A stretch of 64,000 nucleotides of DNA, taken from contig JALTJZ010000059.1 of the NCBI GenBank assembly GCA_027076325.1, forward strand, positions 13,445 to 77,444, read 5' to 3'. How positions within the stretch are numbered: position 1 is the first letter of the stretch; each line of letters starts with the position of its first letter. This document shows positions 39,584 through 48,538 of the stretch, in pieces. The notes under the pieces are model-generated. The model saw only the letters and a list, made by a program, of their open reading frames with translations. It made no database searches and was not told the origin of the DNA. The stretch is from Chromatiales bacterium. GTDB taxonomy: Bacteria > Pseudomonadota > Gammaproteobacteria > UBA6429 > Thiohalophilaceae. The translations under genes were made by a program, and so were the position numbers.

Positions 39584-40975
39584 CTATAAATCCAGCTCTT
39601 TAATTTTTCGTGTTAAGGTGTTGCGTCCCCAACCTAATAACACAGCTGCATCCTGGCGGCGGCCACCGGTTTTCTGTAATGCAGACTCAATCATTACTTT
39701 TTCAAATTGCGGGGTTGCTGTATCCAGCAGATTTTTTTCATTGTTACTGAATTGCTGGTCAGCCCAGGCTTTAAGTAAGTCAGTCCATGAACCTTCGGGC
39801 TTTGTCGATTTGGATTTAGCTGTTAGTTCAGGTGGTAAGTCACTAATTGTTACTTCCTGCGAAGGTGTCATAACAGTTACCCAACGGCAGGTATTTTCAA
39901 GCTGGCGCACATTACCCTGCCAGTTGAGCTTTGTTAAAAACTCTTCTGTTTCTTTGGTTAATATTTTTACTTCAACTTTTAGTTCAGCTGCGGCTGTACT
40001 TAAAAAGTAGCGAGCAAGCAAAGGAATATCTTCTTTGCGTTCTTTCAAAGACGGGATATGAATACGAATAACATTTAAGCGATGAAATAAATCTTCACGG
40101 AAGTCGCCTTGTTGCACACGTTCTTCAAGATTTTGGTGGGTTGCAGCAATGATGCGAACGTCGACTTTAACAGGTTGGTGACCGCCAACACGGTAAAATT
40201 CTTCATCGGACAATACGCGCAGCAAGCGGGTTTGCAAATCAGCAGGCATATCGCCAATTTCATCCAGAAATAAAGTACCACCATTAGCCTGCTCAAAGCG
40301 ACCATGGCGGGTATTTTGTGCACCCGTAAAAGCACCTTTTTCATGGCCAAAAAGTTCAGACTCCAATAAGTCTTTCGGGATTGCCGCCATGTTTAATGCG
40401 ATAAAAGGTTTATCTGCACGTGGACTATGGCGATGCAATGCATTGGCAACCAGTTCTTTTCCGGTACCGGACTCACCATTAATTAAAACCGTGATATTTG
40501 ACTGTGACAAACGGCCAATCGCACGAAAAACTTCCTGCATACTGGGGGCTTCACCAATAATTTCACTGACAGGGGCAGCTGTTTCTTTTCCAGAATCGGC
40601 AACAGTTCGACTCTGGCTAACGGCGCGTTGCGCCAGGTTAACCGCATCATCAACATCAAAGGGTTTCGGTAAGTATTCAAAGGCGCCCCCCTGATAAGCC
40701 GAAACCGCACTGTCAAGATCAGAGTGAGCAGTAATAATAATAACAGGCAGCTCGGGATGCTCAATGTGTATTTGCGACAGCAGCTCAAGCCCGTCAATGC
40801 CTGGCATTCTTATATCACTAATAATAGCATCGGGTTGTGCTATTTTTAAGTCGGCTAAAACATCCGTTGCGTTTTCATATGTTTTAACATTCATATCTGC
40901 TTGTGACAACGCCTGCTCAAGTACCCAGCGAATAGAGCGGTCATCATCGACGACCCAAATTGATTCATTACCCAT
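39584..40975 (-). CDS. ntrC: nitrogen regulation response regulator NtrC (sigma-54-dependent activator)
   Basis: REC (IWVVDDDRSIRWVL, DAIISDIRMPGIDG); intact Walker A GESGTGKE; GAFTGA present; Walker B LFLDEI; C-terminal Fis-type HTH. Confidence 0.95.
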   Translation of the reverse strand: MGNESIWVVDDDRSIRWVLEQALSQADMNVKTYENATDVLADLKIAQPDAIISDIRMPGIDGLELLSQIHIEHPELPVIIITAHSDLDSAVSAYQGGAFEYLPKPFDVDDAVNLAQRAVSQSRTVADSGKETAAPVSEIIGEAPSMQEVFRAIGRLSQSNITVLINGESGTGKELVANALHRHSPRADKPFIALNMAAIPKDLLESELFGHEKGAFTGAQNTRHGRFEQANGGTLFLDEIGDMPADLQTRLLRVLSDEEFYRVGGHQPVKVDVRIIAATHQNLEERVQQGDFREDLFHRLNVIRIHIPSLKERKEDIPLLARYFLSTAAAELKVEVKILTKETEEFLTKLNWQGNVRQLENTCRWVTVMTPSQEVTISDLPPELTAKSKSTKPEGSWTDLLKAWADQQFSNNEKNLLDTATPQFEKVMIESALQKTGGRRQDAAVLLGWGRNTLTRKIKELDL

Positions 40976-40994
40976 TTTTAAATGACATCCTTTG

Positions 40995-42080
40995 TTATGT
41001 GGTGATTGGTAAATTAATGGTAAAAATAGTTTTACCCGGCTTGCTATTGCATTCCAGTAAACCGTGGTGCTGCTGGATGATGGATTGTGCGATCGACAAC
41101 CCTAAGCCTGTTCCTTCTGCACGTCCCGTTACCATCGGGAAAAATATTTTCTTTTGCAGGTTGTCAGGAATACCCGGGCCATTGTCTTCAATTTCCAGCA
41201 ACAACGCTAAACGGTGCCTGCAATTGCCTATCGTAAAATTTCTTAAAATTCGTGTGCGATAAATAATACTACCGGCCTGTTTAGCTGGCTGTGATGTTAA
41301 TGCCTGAATTGCATTGCGGGTTATATTTAAAATAGCCTGAATCAATTGTCCCGGATCTGTGTTTAGCTCGGGGATACTGGGATCGTAGTCACGCACAATA
41401 TTAATTTTATGCATGTTGTCTGCCAGCACAAGCTGACGAACATGCTCAAGAATTTCGTGTACATTCACGTCACAAATTTTTGGTTTTTTTGCCGGTCCAA
41501 TCATTCTATCCACTAACAGGCTTAACCGATCAGCTTCATCAATAATAACGCGCGTATACTCTTTTAAATTATCGTTATCCAGTTGCCTCTGCAATAATTG
41601 AGCTGAGCCACGCAAACCACCTAACGGGTTTTTAACTTCATGGGCAAGACCACGTAAAATTTCCTGTGTTGCCTGTTGGTCTTCTGCACGTTTTTCGTCA
41701 CGCGTAATACGAATCAAGTGATCAACCTGGTGGCATTCAAGTAAAATCTCCGGATCGTCTTTCGAGTCTAGCAAGGGGCTGATGGACATATTAAGGGTAA
41801 TCTTTTTCGCATTTAAAAGTGAAACCGGCACTTCATGCTGGGTAACAGGGTGCACCGTTTTTAGCACCTGTTTTAAGTCACTGTTACTGATACTGGTCAT
41901 GCTGAATAATTGCTCATAACTCTGGCCGAGCAAATGGCGTGCACTCACCTCAAATAACATTTCACCTGCAGGATTGATGTAACGCAAATGAAGATTAGCA
42001 CCAAATAGCAGCACAGCACTGCTCAAGCCGTCGAGTATACGTTGATAAGGAGAAGGGATATTGGCTGCCACAGCATTCAT
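40995..42080 (-). CDS. ntrB: nitrogen regulation sensor histidine kinase NtrB
   Basis: N-terminal PAS; H-box GLAHEVKNPLGGLRGSAQLL; N/G boxes (NITRNAIQAL, DNGPGIP, GTGLGLS); 19 nt upstream of ntrC. Confidence 0.92.
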   Translation of the reverse strand: MNAVAANIPSPYQRILDGLSSAVLLFGANLHLRYINPAGEMLFEVSARHLLGQSYEQLFSMTSISNSDLKQVLKTVHPVTQHEVPVSLLNAKKITLNMSISPLLDSKDDPEILLECHQVDHLIRITRDEKRAEDQQATQEILRGLAHEVKNPLGGLRGSAQLLQRQLDNDNLKEYTRVIIDEADRLSLLVDRMIGPAKKPKICDVNVHEILEHVRQLVLADNMHKINIVRDYDPSIPELNTDPGQLIQAILNITRNAIQALTSQPAKQAGSIIYRTRILRNFTIGNCRHRLALLLEIEDNGPGIPDNLQKKIFFPMVTGRAEGTGLGLSIAQSIIQQHHGLLECNSKPGKTIFTINLPITT

Positions 42081-42210
42081 GCTCTAGATATAGCAAGAAA
42101 TAAACCAGTCCTTCGGCCACCTGAGCCAAAAGAGGGTGCGTTAAAAAAACAAATAAATTCTTTTATTTCAATAAGTTAAAATAACTCTTTAAATAGAATT
42201 AGAAATAACA

Positions 42211-42226
42211 CGAAATAGCGGTGCCA
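42211..42226 (-). promoter_or_regulatory. sigma-54-like -24/-12 element upstream of ntrB (imperfect -12)
   Basis: Minus strand reads TGGCACCGCTATTTCG: perfect TGGCAC at -24, but TC replaces the GC dinucleotide at -12; about 130 nt upstream of the ntrB ATG. Confidence 0.3.
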
Positions 42227-42231
42227 TGATA

Positions 42232-42265
42232 GCACAATAATAGTGCGCGCGCACAGTTTTAGTGC
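42232..42265 (-). promoter_or_regulatory. two tandem NtrC-type dyads (GCAC-N7-GTGC)
   Basis: Minus strand reads GCACTAAAACTGTGC (42265-42251) and GCACTATTATTGTGC (42246-42232), centres 19 bp apart, immediately upstream of the TGGCAC element. Confidence 0.4.
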
Positions 42266-42267
42266 GC

Positions 42268-42810
42268 TTAAGGCGTCACTTTGGGCTTAACGTAGGCTCG
42301 TAATAAGTAAAATACAACGGGGGGTGACTGCGCCAGAATGCTGCCATCCTGGCCAATAATATAGGCTTGCACTTTATGAGTGCCACGAAAAAGATTAGGG
42401 AAAGAAATACTTGAACTTTTACTGGTAACAGCCGATTTCTCATCACCGTTGAGTACAATTTTAATAATGTCTTCGGTTTTTAAGTCCGGCTTTATATCGA
42501 GGGTAATGGTGACACGGCCATCATTAGCGCGAATAGTGCTGTTATTAGCCGGTGAGCTGATATTAAACTGGCTATAGCCTGTAGCCGGTTTTTGCTTTGT
42601 GGTTTGCTTGGCTGCTTTTGGAAACGGTTTTTGTTTGTACGTGTTCATTTGCGGGACATGCACGGGTTTTGACTTTTTACCCGGTAAATCGCTAAATTCA
42701 ACCACACCATCCTTGTTATATTTTTTATAGACTGTTTTTTCACTCGCCTGTGCAACATGGCTGCCAGCAAAAAATAAAACAATAACCAATGTATAAATAT
42801 TTTTAAGCAT
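42268..42810 (-). CDS. DUF4124-domain secreted protein between glnA and ntrB
   Basis: 180-aa ORF; signal peptide; DUF4124-type start YKKYNKDGVVEFSDLP. Confidence 0.75.
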   Translation of the reverse strand: MLKNIYTLVIVLFFAGSHVAQASEKTVYKKYNKDGVVEFSDLPGKKSKPVHVPQMNTYKQKPFPKAAKQTTKQKPATGYSQFNISSPANNSTIRANDGRVTITLDIKPDLKTEDIIKIVLNGDEKSAVTSKSSSISFPNLFRGTHKVQAYIIGQDGSILAQSPPVVFYLLRAYVKPKVTP

Positions 42811-42976
42811 CGCTAAATCATATCAATGAAAAATGAATGGTGCATGAATAGTTTAGTTCTTTTTTCTAGAAGATACTATGTCATTTGTGGTTTTGTATTA
42901 GCCAACATAAATATGGTATTGGCAGCAAAATATAAATGCATCAGTAAGCGCCATAAATAACTTTAAGGTTAGGTAT

Positions 42977-43013
42977 AAAAAAACGCCTCCTGTTAAGAAC
43001 AAAAGGCGTTTTT
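42977..43013 (-). terminator. rho-independent terminator of glnA
   Basis: Minus strand reads aaaaacgcct-(15-nt loop)-aggcgttttt, continuing into a run of 7 T; 40 nt after the glnA stop. Confidence 0.6.
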
Positions 43014-43052
43014 ACATCCTTAATAAATTAAGGATCTGGTTTTGAACAGGTA

Positions 43053-44459
43053 TTACAAACTGTAATACATATCAAACTCAACAGGGTGAGTTGTCATATT
43101 CAAACGTTCAATTTCTTCACGCTTAAGACTAACAAAACCATCGATCATATCGTCGGTGAAAACACTACCTGCCGTTAAGAATGCACGATCTTCTTCCAGG
43201 CAATCAAGCGCCTGTTCAAATGAGCTTGCAACGGTTGGAATCGCCGCGGCTTCTTCTGCTGGCAAGTCGTACAAATCTTTATCCATTGCTTCACCTGGGT
43301 GAATTTTGTTCTGGATACCGTCAAGGCCAGCCATCATTAGTGCAGAAAAGCAAAGGTATGGATTTGCCATTGGATCAGGAAAACGCACTTCGATACGACG
43401 TCCCTTTGGATTTGAATCGAAAGGAATACGGATAGAAGCAGAACGGTTACGTGCAGAATATGCCAGCATAACAGGTGCTTCGAAGCCAGGGACAAGACGT
43501 TTGTACGAGTTAGTTGAAGAGTTAGTAAAAGCGTTTAATGCGCGAGCATGTTTAATGATGCCGCCGATGTAGAATAAAGCGGTTTCAGATAAGCCACCAT
43601 AGCCGTCACCAGAGAAAAGGTTTTGGCCATCTTTAGCAAGAGACTGGTGAACGTGCATACCCGAGCCATTATCGCCAACTAAAGGTTTAGGCATAAAGGT
43701 TGCGGTTTTTCCATAGATATGGGCAACGTTGTGTACGCAATATTTTAATGTCTGATTCCAGTCCGCACGTTCTACTAAAGTAGAGAAGCGGGTACCGATT
43801 TCGCATTGACCAGCCGTTGCGACTTCATGGTGGTGCACTTCGACAGGCACACCCATTTCTTCCATTGCTAAACACATAGCTGCACGTAAATCATTTAATG
43901 AATCAACGGGTGGAACCGGGAAATAACCCCCTTTAACGCTTGGGCGGTGACCAATATTGCCTTCGTCAAACACTTTCGCTGAGTTCCATTCGGCTTCTTC
44001 AGAGTCCACTTTGTAAAAAGCGCCTGACATATCTGCGCCCCACTTAACATCGTCAAGAACGAAAAACTCAGGCTCTGGACCAAAAAAAGCGGTATCGGCA
44101 ATGCCGGTTGATTTGAGGTAAGCTTCTGCGCGCTTTGCAACAGAACGCGGGTCACGTTCATAACCTTCGCCAGTAGCGGGCTCTAAAATATCACAGGTTA
44201 AAATTAAAGTTGGCTCATCGGAGAATGGATCCATTAAAGCCGTTGCTGCATCGGGCATTAAAATCATGTCGGACTCATTAATGCCTTTCCAGCCTGAAAT
44301 GGACGAGCCATCAAACATTTTACCGGCGCTAAAAGTATCAGCATCAATTTGGTGGTGTGGAACTGAAACGTGCTGTTGCTTGCCGTGGGTATCAGTAAAA
44401 CGGAAGTCGACGAATTTAACGCCGTTATCTTCCATCATTTTCATAACGTTATCGGACAT
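43053..44459 (-). CDS. glnA: glutamine synthetase type I
   Basis: 468-aa ORF; GS signatures ([38 protein letters not shown]); adenylylation-site context [10 protein letters not shown]. Confidence 0.97.
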   Translation of the reverse strand: MSDNVMKMMEDNGVKFVDFRFTDTHGKQQHVSVPHHQIDADTFSAGKMFDGSSISGWKGINESDMILMPDAATALMDPFSDEPTLILTCDILEPATGEGYERDPRSVAKRAEAYLKSTGIADTAFFGPEPEFFVLDDVKWGADMSGAFYKVDSEEAEWNSAKVFDEGNIGHRPSVKGGYFPVPPVDSLNDLRAAMCLAMEEMGVPVEVHHHEVATAGQCEIGTRFSTLVERADWNQTLKYCVHNVAHIYGKTATFMPKPLVGDNGSGMHVHQSLAKDGQNLFSGDGYGGLSETALFYIGGIIKHARALNAFTNSSTNSYKRLVPGFEAPVMLAYSARNRSASIRIPFDSNPKGRRIEVRFPDPMANPYLCFSALMMAGLDGIQNKIHPGEAMDKDLYDLPAEEAAAIPTVASSFEQALDCLEEDRAFLTAGSVFTDDMIDGFVSLKREEIERLNMTTHPVEFDMYYSL

Positions 44460-44523
44460 TTTCTTATTCTCCAGAGTCTAGATATGTATTTGTATGTGTA
44501 AGTTTGTAAATGGCATATTATGG

Positions 44524-44539
44524 TGCAAGCAATATGCCA
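44524..44539 (-). promoter_or_regulatory. sigma-54 promoter (glnAp2-type) for glnA
   Basis: Minus strand reads TGGCATATTGCTTGCA, which fits TGGCAC-N5-TTGCA with GG-N10-GC spacing; about 65 nt upstream of the glnA ATG. Confidence 0.7.
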
Positions 44540-44600
44540 CTCTATAAGTAATTGTTAACTATATATTTTTTGTAATATTCTTATTAAAGCGGCTAAAAAG

Positions 44601-44615
44601 GCACTATAAAGGTGC
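44601..44615 (-). promoter_or_regulatory. NtrC-type enhancer dyad upstream of the glnA sigma-54 promoter
   Basis: gcactataaaggtgc fits GCAC-N7-GTGC; centre about 75 nt upstream of the -24 element. Confidence 0.55.
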
Positions 44616-44660
44616 AAAAGACACAGGGCGATGCCCTAAATTGGCACCACTTTAATATGG

Positions 44661-45854
44661 CTACTGAAATAATAATTTAATGGATTCTACTTCATCTATG
44701 GAATCCGCTACAAGCTTAAACTCTACTGCAATTTGCTGCTGTAGCTCAAGTACTGATTGAGGTGGATTGTCTAATATTTTTAGTGGCAGGCTAAGCTCGA
44801 CATGGATCTTGCTGTTAAGGTAGTGCAGGGTAATATTTTCGATATGCTCGCTAGCGTCGATATGCTGCCAGGCGGCCTCAAGCCTGGGCTGCAGTTCGTG
44901 GCGAAGTGGCAAGTGGGCAAAGTCCGTTATGCTTTCATCGTCTTCCGGATCAATATGTACCATCACGTCAGACACTTCATCGATTTGCTGAATAATCGCG
45001 CTGCGCACACTTTCACTAATGTAATGGCCTTCGGAAACACTCAAAGTAGGGTTCACCTGAATATGCACATCCACCAGCGCTTCGCCTCCCATGCGGCGGG
45101 TACGTAATATGTGCAGTGTATCAACACCATCTACCTGCAAAATGGCTTGCCGAATCGCTTCTACGCGTTCAGGCTCCAGGCTTTTATCCACCAGCTCCTG
45201 CATACTCGCAGACAGCAAGTCCCAGCCGATTTTTGCAATCATTAATGCCACGCCAATGGCTGCAATGCTGTCCAGATACCAGAACCCGAACATGCTGCCG
45301 ACAATACCGATAATAACGATGATTGACGAAATGGCATCACTACGAGAATGCCAGGCATTGGCACGTAACAGGTTGGAATTGTATTTTTCAGCCACGGCCA
45401 TGGTGTAGCGATAAATCACTTCTTTAGAAATAACCGAAATAAAGGCAACCACTAATGCCCAGTAACCGGGTGTCGCAAGCAATTCACTGTGTAATAACCG
45501 CAAAATGGCATCATAGGCAATGCCACCGGCCACGGCAATAAGGGCAACACCCAGCACAACGGTAGCAACCGTTTCAAAGCGGCCATGCCCATAAGGGTGA
45601 TCCTCATCAGCTTCCTGATGGGCATGCTTACTGGCGTATAAAACAATCGCATCGGTGGCTAAATCAGAGAGGGAATGGATACCATCGGCAATTAATGCCT
45701 GTGATGATGCAGCATAACCGACCACAATTTTAAAGAAGCCCAGCAACGCATCAACGACCGCGCCAATTAAAGTGATCCGAGTTGTGTCACGTAACCGCTC
45801 GCTACGCTGGAGCTGTGATTGTTCGCCGCTGTTGGTAGGTTGAGGTTGATTCAT
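44661..45854 (-). CDS. cation diffusion facilitator (CDF) family metal efflux transporter with an extra C-terminal domain
   Basis: 397-aa ORF; six-TM CDF core (ADGIHSLSDLATD, HSRSDAISSI); canonical cytoplasmic domain ending VMVHIDPED, then about 100 further residues. Confidence 0.88.
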   Translation of the reverse strand: MNQPQPTNSGEQSQLQRSERLRDTTRITLIGAVVDALLGFFKIVVGYAASSQALIADGIHSLSDLATDAIVLYASKHAHQEADEDHPYGHGRFETVATVVLGVALIAVAGGIAYDAILRLLHSELLATPGYWALVVAFISVISKEVIYRYTMAVAEKYNSNLLRANAWHSRSDAISSIIVIIGIVGSMFGFWYLDSIAAIGVALMIAKIGWDLLSASMQELVDKSLEPERVEAIRQAILQVDGVDTLHILRTRRMGGEALVDVHIQVNPTLSVSEGHYISESVRSAIIQQIDEVSDVMVHIDPEDDESITDFAHLPLRHELQPRLEAAWQHIDASEHIENITLHYLNSKIHVELSLPLKILDNPPQSVLELQQQIAVEFKLVADSIDEVESIKLLFQ

Positions 45855-45905
45855 TGTTTATGGCTGCTGTTAACCTGGGAACGAGTAAGTATTTAAACTG
45901 TAAAT

Positions 45906-46136
45906 TTAACCGACTCTAATCGTAATAAAAATATCATCATCCTGCTTATCCGTTGCTATCACCTCATGGCCATTGATACGACACCACGCCGGGATATCAA
46001 GCAAAGCACCCGGATCGGTACAGGTTACCCTTAAAATATCACCGCTTGCTAATGTTTTAATTTTATCCTGAGTGCGAATAACCGGCATTGGGCAGAGTAG
46101 GCGGCTTGTATCAAGTATATAAAAATCATTCGACAT
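45906..46136 (-). CDS. tusA: TusA-family sulfurtransferase (SirA-like)
   Basis: 76-aa ORF; active-site motif LLCPMPVIRT; typical two-layer alpha/beta size. Confidence 0.85.
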   Translation of the reverse strand: MSNDFYILDTSRLLCPMPVIRTQDKIKTLASGDILRVTCTDPGALLDIPAWCRINGHEVIATDKQDDDIFITIRVG

Positions 46137-46281
46137 AGCTCAGATCATAGCAGCTTGTCGGCACAATATTTTTATTATTTTCAATCAGCACCCTTAAGGC
46201 CAGCCAGGCATTTAAATAGCGCTGTCGCCTGGTTAAAACATATAAAACACCCGACGTTTGGAGAGGCTCTATTTGATCCAT
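46126..46281 (-). CDS. possible 51-aa ORF overlapping the tusA start (speculative)
   Basis: My own translation: MDQIEPLQTSGVLYVLTRRQRYLNAWLALRVLIENNKNIVPTSCYDLSYVE; stop TGA lies 11 nt inside tusA; below the track cutoff; no family recognised. Confidence 0.2.
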   Translation of the reverse strand: MDQIEPLQTSGVLYVLTRRQRYLNAWLALRVLIENNKNIVPTSCYDLSYVE

Positions 46282-46377
46282 ATCAATAACAACCCGCCAC
46301 TAATCAAGGATGATTCTGGAGTGGGGTATCAGAGTTAATATCAAATTGTTGCAACCATAAATAAGGAATGGCGAAGG

Positions 46378-47544
46378 ATGTCGAGCAAAAATAAAATAGT
46401 CGAAGAAGTGGAGCGTATCGCTGCTGATATTGCAGGGCCATGCGCAGATGATGTGGATAAAAATGCACGCTTTCCTGTCGAAACCCTGGCGGCTTTAAAA
46501 GCGTCAAAAATCCTTAGCGCAGGTATTCCTGAAAACCTTGGCGGCGCCGGCCTTGATATTCTTGAACAGGGAGAGTTATGCAGAATACTTGCAACAAAAT
46601 GCGCCTCCAGTGCCATGGTACTTGGAATGCACTTTATTAAGGTGTCAAGCATTGTACATTTTGGAAAAGGCAACGCACAGATTGAAAATTATCTTCGCTC
46701 CGTGGCTGAACAACAGCGACTGGTTGGCTCTGTCACCTCTGAAGAAGGGGTGGGCGGCAACCTAAGAAACAGCATTGCTGCGGTTGAAACCATAGGAGAC
46801 CGATTTAAATTAACCAAGTACAGTACCTGTTTGTCTTATGGTGCCCAAGCCGATGATTTACTGATAACCTGTCGAAGAAATAAAGAGGCAGCAGCATCTG
46901 ATCAGGTTGTCGTGCTGGCAACAAAAGATGACTTTACACTCGAGCAGCAGGGTGAGTGGGATGCGATGGGCATGCGTGGTACCTGTAGTCCACCTTTTAC
47001 GGTAACGGTCGACGCCAGTATGTGGCAAATCTTCGAGCCTGATTTTGCAACCATTGCAGCCAGAACCATGGTACCCGACACGCATTATATATGGTCAAAC
47101 ATTTGGCTGGGGATTGCTTGTGACGCCGAAGCCAGAGCGCGGGCACTGGTTCAAAAACACGCCCATAAAAACCCTTCACAATTGCCCGAAAATGCAAGAC
47201 GTTTAGCCGAGCTGGAAATCCGACTGGAAAGATTTAAGGATACCGTTAAAAGCGTAGGTGAACGTTATCTTAAAGCGCATAAAGAAGATAATGAAACACT
47301 TTTATCCAGCATGGCATTTAGTCTAAAGATAAATGCGCTAAAACTGAATGCCTCACAGCTGGTTACCGATATTTGTCTACGTGCAATGGCTATTTGTGGT
47401 TTTGCCGGTTATTTGAATAACACACCCTATTCGATCGCCAGACATTTACGTGACGCCCTATCCGCTGCACCGATGATTGGCAACGGGCGAATCATTGAAA
47501 CGAATGCGGCTCATCTGCTGGCTTTTAAAGGGGATGAGCTGTAA
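46378..47544 (+). CDS. acyl-CoA dehydrogenase-fold flavoprotein (possibly of the monooxygenase type rather than a true dehydrogenase)
   Basis: 388-aa ORF; ACAD-like N, middle and C domains (VTSEEGVGGNLRNS, AMGMRGTCS); the position of the usual catalytic Glu motif reads PMIGNGRIIE. Confidence 0.8.
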   Translation: MSSKNKIVEEVERIAADIAGPCADDVDKNARFPVETLAALKASKILSAGIPENLGGAGLDILEQGELCRILATKCASSAMVLGMHFIKVSSIVHFGKGNAQIENYLRSVAEQQRLVGSVTSEEGVGGNLRNSIAAVETIGDRFKLTKYSTCLSYGAQADDLLITCRRNKEAAASDQVVVLATKDDFTLEQQGEWDAMGMRGTCSPPFTVTVDASMWQIFEPDFATIAARTMVPDTHYIWSNIWLGIACDAEARARALVQKHAHKNPSQLPENARRLAELEIRLERFKDTVKSVGERYLKAHKEDNETLLSSMAFSLKINALKLNASQLVTDICLRAMAICGFAGYLNNTPYSIARHLRDALSAAPMIGNGRIIETNAAHLLAFKGDEL

Positions 47545-47603
47545 ACAAAACACGTCCGGGTTTAGTGATACAGCCTGTCTGTCAGAAAGCCGTTATTTGT
47601 CAT

Positions 47604-48290
47604 TTAGTAGCGCAGTTCCAACGCATCGCACAGAAACTGCATATAGATATCGGCGGCTGAAAAAAAACTAAACACGTCATCACGAAAATCTTTATCTAAA
47701 ACAAACTTATTGCTGACCGGCGCGATGGCAATAAAATCTTTACGCTTTAAGTCTTCAATTAAAGGATGTGCCTTGTCGTAACCTTTGGGTGGCCGGATAA
47801 GCGTGTCCCCACCCAGAGAAAAAAGTTTATTAAACGCTTTGTCTTTTTTAATTTCCAGCCATAAAGATTGTTTTTCACAAATCCAGTCACGGATACGACC
47901 AAGCGAATCGGCATCCGGTCGCCAGATACCAACACCGATAAAATTATTGCCTGGCTCAATGTGTATATAAAAGCCTGGTGAGTGCACATCTTTAGCACGT
48001 TCGTGGCGAAATTGAATGCCGATATTCAGCTTGTATGGTGACTTGTCTTTACTAAATCGCACGTCACGATAAATACGCATTAACGAGCCACCCACTTTTT
48101 TTGGTCGCGCCTGAAAATGTGGCGATATCATCATTAGCTCATCAGTAAAATCCTGAATAAAGTTTAGTGCCGGTGTGCGCACCACATCTTCATAATCCTG
48201 TTTATGTGCATTAAACCAGTCGCGCTTATTATTCTGTGCAAGCTGTTTTAAAAAGGCCATTGTTTTTGTTGTAAAATAAGGATTTGTCAT
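47604..48290 (-). CDS. DUF2461 (TIGR02453-type) family protein
   Basis: 228-aa ORF; family N-terminus FLKQLAQNNKRDWFNAHKQDYE and RIYRDVRFSKDKSPYK. Confidence 0.85.
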   Translation of the reverse strand: MTNPYFTTKTMAFLKQLAQNNKRDWFNAHKQDYEDVVRTPALNFIQDFTDELMMISPHFQARPKKVGGSLMRIYRDVRFSKDKSPYKLNIGIQFRHERAKDVHSPGFYIHIEPGNNFIGVGIWRPDADSLGRIRDWICEKQSLWLEIKKDKAFNKLFSLGGDTLIRPPKGYDKAHPLIEDLKRKDFIAIAPVSNKFVLDKDFRDDVFSFFSAADIYMQFLCDALELRY

Positions 48291-48516
48291 CTAAGTGATT
48301 CTTCAATTGAGGTAAACAACGGGCATCCGAACCTGAGGGAACCTCTCAAAATTTAGCGCTGCCAGTCATTGCAAGGAAACACGTTGTTGCTTCACCATAC
48401 CGGTATTTTATTCCAGCTATTGATACCTGTCTTTTTAAGCCATTATTTTTGATTACCCTTTCCCGGAAATTTGTGTGGAACCCTCAGCATCAGAGTAGCA
48501 TTTTGCGACTAACTTA

Positions 48517-48538
48517 GCAGTGTTTACTGCATTTTTTT
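48517..48538 (+). terminator. weak terminator-like hairpin plus T7 run inside the 399-bp intergenic region
   Basis: gcagt-gttt-actgc followed by a-ttttttt (48532-48538); no annotated + strand gene upstream. Confidence 0.3.

Noticed and set aside
44641-44650. TTGGCACC on the + strand next to the CDF stop codon, resembling a sigma-54 -24 box
   Set aside because: No TTGC-like -12 element lies at the required spacing, and no + strand gene lies downstream. It points into the 3-prime end of a minus-strand gene.
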